From: an uncultured virus (IMG/VR IMGVR_UViG_3300025277_000014)
Taxonomy: Duplodnaviria > Heunggongvirae > Uroviricota > Caudoviricetes
IMG/VR virus record: IMGVR_UViG_3300025277_000014
Length of the DNA stretch: 20,000 nucleotides
Strand: one strand, 5' to 3'
The position numbers were made by a program, and so were the translations under genes. Below are positions 15,927-20,000 of the stretch, piece by piece; within the stretch, counting starts at the first letter, position 1, and each line of letters starts with the position of its first letter. The notes below the pieces were generated by a model. It searched no databases and had not been told where the DNA came from. It worked only from the letters and a program-made list of their open reading frames with translations.

Positions 15927-16276
15927 TTTTTCTTTCTTAATTTAGCTAATGTTTTTGCAAATCTAGCACGCTGCCCTAATTTACCTTTTGCTTTTGCAGC
16001 CTTATTTAATTTCTTTAAAGGAATTTTTTTTCCTTTTTTTATGCCCAGAGACTTACGCAACGAACCGGGTTTTTTAATAGCTTTTTTAATATCTAGTTTT
16101 TTCTTTTTTACCGCTCCCCCCTTTTTTTTATTAACTGCAGCTCCTGTTAGATCTTGACCCCTTAAGCCCATACCTGTTGGATCACCTTTAGGTTTAGTAG
16201 CAATAACAGCTTTCATACCTGCTGCATTAGCTTTCATTTGTGGAACGGTTAAATCCTTTGCCGATAGTCTTGCCAT
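15923..16276 (-). CDS. Very basic Lys-rich protein (117 aa)
   Basis: Start placed at ATG 16276 (MARLSAKD); C-terminal IKKAIKKPGSLRKSLG..KGKKIP.KKL.KAAK.KGKLGQRARFAKTL. Confidence 0.7.
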   Translation of the reverse strand: MARLSAKDLTVPQMKANAAGMKAVIATKPKGDPTGMGLRGQDLTGAAVNKKKGGAVKKKKLDIKKAIKKPGSLRKSLGIKKGKKIPLKKLNKAAKAKGKLGQRARFAKTLAKLRKKK

Positions 16277-16277
16277 T

Positions 16278-16445
16278 TCAATCGGTTCCTTCCCAATTTT
16301 CGTTGGTGTCGTCGAAATCCTCCTCTTCGTCAATGATCTCTTCAATCCTCTCAACTATCGCTTCTTCTTTTGCATGAAGAGCTGCAAGCTTGTCTAATTC
16401 CTTTTGTATTTTTTGTAGTGGTGTTTGTTTCTTTTTCTTAGCCAT
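16278..16445 (-). CDS. 55-aa coiled-coil protein with a basic N-terminus and acidic C-terminus (not in ORF track)
   Basis: MAKKKKQTPLQKIQKELDKLAALHAKEEAIVERIEEIIDEEEDFDDTNENWEGTD; AAGGAG RBS; stop 1 nt before the next ATG. Confidence 0.75.
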   Translation of the reverse strand: MAKKKKQTPLQKIQKELDKLAALHAKEEAIVERIEEIIDEEEDFDDTNENWEGTD

Positions 16446-16454
16446 AATTTCTCC

Positions 16455-16865
16455 TTATTTGGTTAAGCCTTTGCTCTTCTCAAAACTGCGGAGTCCGGCG
16501 ACGCCGAGCATTGAAGTGACAATTGCTAGCAAGGGGCCAGTTTGAATTTCAGGAGCAGTTAAATCTAATCCTGCAAATTTAGCGTACCATTCTATACATG
16601 GAGATAAAATAAATTCAAAGAATAATGCAAGCCCTCCGCACCAGCCGATGAAGGGCCGCCAGCCCGAAACAAATACGGACCGGTGACCAGCTTCTTTAGC
16701 GTTTACATCCAATTGCTTTTCAGCAAGTTTTTGCTGGATGCGTTGCATTAAAATCTTTTTGTCTAGCACTTCCTCATCTGAGGTATGCAAATCATCAATT
16801 ACACCAGCGATCTGTTTTAAGGCTCCGTTCTTACCGCCTAACAATCCACTGATGAGGTTTAACAT
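16455..16865 (-). CDS. Holin (GTA 3-TM holin-like family)
   Basis: EA.HRSVFVSGWRPFIGW.G and LLAIVTSMLGVAGLRSFEK.KG signature. Confidence 0.8.
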   Translation of the reverse strand: MLNLISGLLGGKNGALKQIAGVIDDLHTSDEEVLDKKILMQRIQQKLAEKQLDVNAKEAGHRSVFVSGWRPFIGWCGGLALFFEFILSPCIEWYAKFAGLDLTAPEIQTGPLLAIVTSMLGVAGLRSFEKSKGLTK

Positions 16866-16996
16866 TATACAGCCCCTGAAATTTTTCCTAGAACTATAAT
16901 AACAACAATGGCAACAATCCCGGCCTTAATCCAGTCCTTCATGCCCCACTCGCTCCACTCTTTCAAGTGTTGCCATATATCTTTTAAAAGTTTCAT
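16865..16996 (-). CDS. 43-aa membrane protein (not in ORF track)
   Basis: MKLLKDIWQHLKEWSEWGMKDWIKAGIVAIVVIIVLGKISGAV; GGAGG RBS; TAATG overlap with the holin gene. Confidence 0.75.
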   Translation of the reverse strand: MKLLKDIWQHLKEWSEWGMKDWIKAGIVAIVVIIVLGKISGAV

Positions 16997-17016
16997 AAAA
17001 CCTCCTTTAAAAAAAG

Positions 17017-17112
17017 TTAGTCTACCTTATGTTCACAGTTGTTGCAACCACATGCTTGACATGTACTACCATCACTGCAATGACAACCATGCCCACAGTT
17101 TGTGCACTCCAT
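17017..17112 (-). CDS. 31-aa Cys/His-rich metallothionein-like peptide (not in ORF track)
   Basis: MECTNCGHGCHCSDGSTCQACGCNNCEHKVD: 8 Cys and 3 His. ATG overlaps the upstream TAA (TAATG). Confidence 0.7.
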   Translation of the reverse strand: MECTNCGHGCHCSDGSTCQACGCNNCEHKVD

Positions 17113-17351
17113 TAAAAAAGACCTTTAAAAGGTACCTTTTTAATTTGCATTTTACTGCGTTGGCCTTTTGGTCCACTACCTAAATTTTGTTTAACTTTAG
17201 GACCTTCCGCACTGGCAGTGTATGTATCAACAATTTTTTCCTGATTAACAAATTTTCCTGCATAAGGATTCATGTCCTTACTCACAGTCATCTTTGCATT
17301 AGGATATAATGAACCATTAATATATTTTGGTTTAGGGTTATTTAATGCCAT
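17112..17351 (-). CDS. Small basic hypothetical protein
   Basis: 79 aa; AAGGA RBS; C-terminal KKVPFKGLF. Confidence 0.65.
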   Translation of the reverse strand: MALNNPKPKYINGSLYPNAKMTVSKDMNPYAGKFVNQEKIVDTYTASAEGPKVKQNLGSGPKGQRSKMQIKKVPFKGLF

Positions 17352-17361
17352 AATTTATCCT

Positions 17362-17580
17362 TTAGTGATATGTTATTTGTTTAGACTTTATTATAAAACT
17401 TTTATCAGCAAAATCAAATAAGATTTCTGCATCTTTGGCTCCCACAGTTTCCACAAGGATAAGCTTGGCTACACTGATTAAAGCGCCTGAAAAATCAATA
17501 GGATTAAGTTTTTCTGTCTCTATGATTTCTCGAGCCTTTGTATAAACCTCATTAATTAATTTATCGGGATTTCCTATCAT
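17362..17580 (-). CDS. Hypothetical helical protein
   Basis: 72-aa ORF overlapping the end of the portal gene. Confidence 0.55.
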   Translation of the reverse strand: MIGNPDKLINEVYTKAREIIETEKLNPIDFSGALISVAKLILVETVGAKDAEILFDFADKSFIIKSKQITYH

Positions 17581-19999
17581 ATTTCATCCTTTTTTGTTTT
17601 TCCTGATCCTGCATTTTTTTTAAAGTAACACGAGCTCTAAGTTCAGCGATATCTTCTATAGAATCTATCTTCTCTGTTTGCAGCTCTTCTTTTTGTTTAA
17701 ACTTCATTTGATCTAAAGCAATTTTTTCTTTGCCTTCATTTACTTTGCGTTGAACATCGGCTGCTTGTATATCTAATTCTTTTTCACGAAGCTCTACTAA
17801 TTGATCCGCACCCTGTGCCTCAAGCATATCTTGCTCTTCCGCTACCATATTATTAGTTAGCTCAGCGATGCGTTCAGCGATGCGAGATTCAATTTGCGCT
17901 TGCGCTTGCTGCATTTGTTGCTGCATCATAGGGTTTTGCGCAGCCCCTGGATCTTGCTGCATTTGCATTTGCATTTGCTGTAACTGCGGTCCTGCCTGTT
18001 GCATAATTTCTTCACGTGCCATTAATGCAACGTGTTCTGAAATATGTCCTTGCAATAAAGCCAGGACCTGTAAGTTTGATTTAACCAATGAACTCGACAT
18101 AAAAGCACGGTGTGCGTCAATGTGCGCTTGATGATTTTGTCCTTCAAAAGCGCGAAGAGTTTTTAAACCCAATGCCATAGCATTCTCGATTCCCGGATCA
18201 ACGGGTTGGGGTTGAGGAGGAGGAGGTAAAAGCGCTTCAATGTTTTGAACATTTAAAGCTTGATACATTCTACGATACGCTTCTTGTAAATTATGCTGTT
18301 CAGGCGCGGCTTGCGCTAGTTGTAACTGCATTTGCGCCAGTGCCACACGTTGTGACATTGAAAACATGTTAGGGTCCGAAACAGGGATAACATCAACTCT
18401 GTCATCAAAATCCGTTTGCTTGACCATTTGATTTCCACCCACCACCATGTATGGATATTCCGGAGGAAGGAAAGTACCAAAAACACTTGCCAGTAGTTTA
18501 AATTCATGTTTTTGCGAATAATGCAAACGTTTATGGATTGCGCTCATTACTTTAGCGCCTTGTTCCATCATGGCTAGGGTGGTTCCGACAGGTGCATTTG
18601 TGTTTGTTTCTGATATTTTCATATCAGCAATCGCTGCAAATTTTTGTCCAGCGTCTACACAAAAACCTAATAACTGAAATAACACTTGATCAGGGCCTTT
18701 ATATGGAAGCGGCATTAAGCCAGCCCGCAAGTCCCCGCTTGGTGCGTCTATGTCTCTAAATTCTCCTGGTTGTAATGGTGCATCATCATCGGCAATTCTA
18801 ATTCCCCTGGCCTTAAAACCTGCTGGTAAGTTTGATAACGTTCCGGCATCAATAAGTTGACGAAGCGTGGAGGTAGCCGTTCTTGATAAACCCCCGAGCA
18901 TATGGATAAGACCAAAACCATAAAAACCCAAACCTGGAAGAAACTTATAATGAACAAAATATTCAATTTTTTTTCTAAGTGGATCGTCTTCTTTATAATT
19001 TCGGTAGATGGATAAAACTTTGTTGGATCCTTTGTCAACAGTAACAACATAAGGTATTTTAATACCGGTTGGCTCCCCGGTTTCCCCGTCTTTATCTTCG
19101 AATCCCGGTATGTCTAAATCGCAATGTACTTCATATAAAGTATATATCTCATCCGCATAGGCAACTTTGTTAATTCCCTCTAACTGATTGTACTTTTTCT
19201 GTATGGATGTCTCGTCATCGCTGACTTTGACGTCAATGTCCCTGTAAAACCCCGCAACCTGCTGTTTTAACAGGTCATTCTCTGATATTTTTACAATATG
19301 CGTCACCCGTTCCGCCGACTGCAAGTCCGTTGCTAAATAATTTACTACTAAATCCTCACTTGGTATAAATTTTGACACCGCCGCCTGTCTTGTAGCGTCA
19401 TAATAGACTTTTTTGAAAGCGGACCCCGCAAGAGGCAAGTGAAACAGCAACTGATCCATGTCAGGCGTGTATTCTTCCATCTTATCAGTGATCTGATAGT
19501 TCATAAAGTCCTGAACCCTGTCCGCCTGCGCTATAATTTCCGGTGTTTCGACTCCGAGTACCTCTGTTTTCACCGGTCCCGCCGGTGGTAAAAGCTCCTT
19601 AAAGGCCTGCGCCTGGAAAGCTGTCACTGATTCCGCCAACAGTGGATGCGTTACACCGCTTGCGCCCTGAAAAGGCTCCGTTCTTTCATCATACTTAAAG
19701 CCCAATAGGTCCAATCCCTTTGTATAGGCAAATTCCCACTCGTGCCGTGATTCGTGATCCGAGTCAAACTCCTGAACTATGTCGGACGCTATCCTGCCCA
19801 GCGCTGAATCATCCAGGACTTCCGCTAAATTGTCAGCGAAACCCGCTTCAAGGTCCGGCGCTGACGGATCAAAGTCAACAACGGCTCCACCGTCATCTGT
19901 TTCCTCTACTTCAATCTCCTCTTCCGCATTTAATCTTTTAACAACATCACCCTCTTCAACGTTCAGGCTTACATCGTCTTCAATAACGGAAACATTTTC
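17561..19999 (-). CDS. Portal protein (5'-truncated by the window edge)
   Basis: The frame stays open upstream of TTG 19714 to the edge (...ENVSVIEDDV...FADNLAEVLDD...SRHEWEFAYTKGLDLLG). Motifs GASGVTHPLLAE, LPLAGSAFKKVYYD, GFYGFGLIH and LRQLIDAGTLSNLPAGFK; Gln-rich C-terminal coil. Confidence 0.85.
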   Translation of the reverse strand, partial: ENVSVIEDDVSLNVEEGDVVKRLNAEEEIEVEETDDGGAVVDFDPSAPDLEAGFADNLAEVLDDSALGRIASDIVQEFDSDHESRHEWEFAYTKGLDLLGFKYDERTEPFQGASGVTHPLLAESVTAFQAQAFKELLPPAGPVKTEVLGVETPEIIAQADRVQDFMNYQITDKMEEYTPDMDQLLFHLPLAGSAFKKVYYDATRQAAVSKFIPSEDLVVNYLATDLQSAERVTHIVKISENDLLKQQVAGFYRDIDVKVSDDETSIQKKYNQLEGINKVAYADEIYTLYEVHCDLDIPGFEDKDGETGEPTGIKIPYVVTVDKGSNKVLSIYRNYKEDDPLRKKIEYFVHYKFLPGLGFYGFGLIHMLGGLSRTATSTLRQLIDAGTLSNLPAGFKARGIRIADDDAPLQPGEFRDIDAPSGDLRAGLMPLPYKGPDQVLFQLLGFCVDAGQKFAAIADMKISETNTNAPVGTTLAMMEQGAKVMSAIHKRLHYSQKHEFKLLASVFGTFLPPEYPYMVVGGNQMVKQTDFDDRVDVIPVSDPNMFSMSQRVALAQMQLQLAQAAPEQHNLQEAYRRMYQALNVQNIEALLPPPPQPQPVDPGIENAMALGLKTLRAFEGQNHQAHIDAHRAFMSSSLVKSNLQVLALLQGHISEHVALMAREEIMQQAGPQLQQMQMQMQQDPGAAQNPMMQQQMQQAQAQIESRIAERIAELTNNMVAEEQDMLEAQGADQLVELREKELDIQAADVQRKVNEGKEKIALDQMKFKQKEELQTEKIDSIEDIAELRARVTLKKMQDQEKQKRMKYDRKSR

Positions 20000-20000
20000 C

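Noticed and set aside
17890..18010. Gln/Met-rich low-complexity tract in the portal
   Set aside because: Ordinary low-complexity coil in the portal C-terminal region.
11445..19941. Plus-strand and nested ORFs, including the Cys-rich 17868-18131 and His/Cys-rich 16908-17183
   Set aside because: Cys richness at 17868 is the antisense reading of Gln/Met/Ala codons in the portal gene. ORF 16908 is antisense to three real minus-strand genes. The others are similar shadows.
1..20000. tRNA/rRNA genes, integrase, IS elements, introns, stop-codon recoding
   Set aside because: None seen. Genes tile the window in the standard code, and no intergenic gap shows a tRNA-like sequence.

Overview
A fragment of a tailed dsDNA bacteriophage genome. 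It is AT-rich and gene-dense with overlapping start/stop codons, and most likely a marine podovirus-like phage of an alphaproteobacterial (possibly SAR11-type) host; the host assignment is inference only. Bases 2818-20000 form one minus-strand morphogenesis/lysis operon. In transcription order it encodes: portal (open to the window edge), many small proteins, a 3-TM holin, a T4-type lysozyme, GroES, a scaffold, a Mu gpT-like major capsid protein with its terminator, capsid accessory proteins, a membrane-protein cluster, a cold-shock protein, basic GG-motif proteins, head-tail adaptors, tail proteins and a tail-collar fibre. Bases 1-2821 are a convergent plus-strand cassette: one DUF6065-like gene followed by four different 2-oxoglutarate/Fe(II) oxygenases, ending against the tail-fibre genes. 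Manual translation of the gaps found six small ORFs missing from the supplied track, each overlapping or within about 10 nt of a neighbour. These include a 31-aa metallothionein-like peptide (8 Cys, 3 His), a Zn-ribbon protein and a 23-aa transmembrane peptide. Protein family calls come from recognising motifs by eye; no database search was run.
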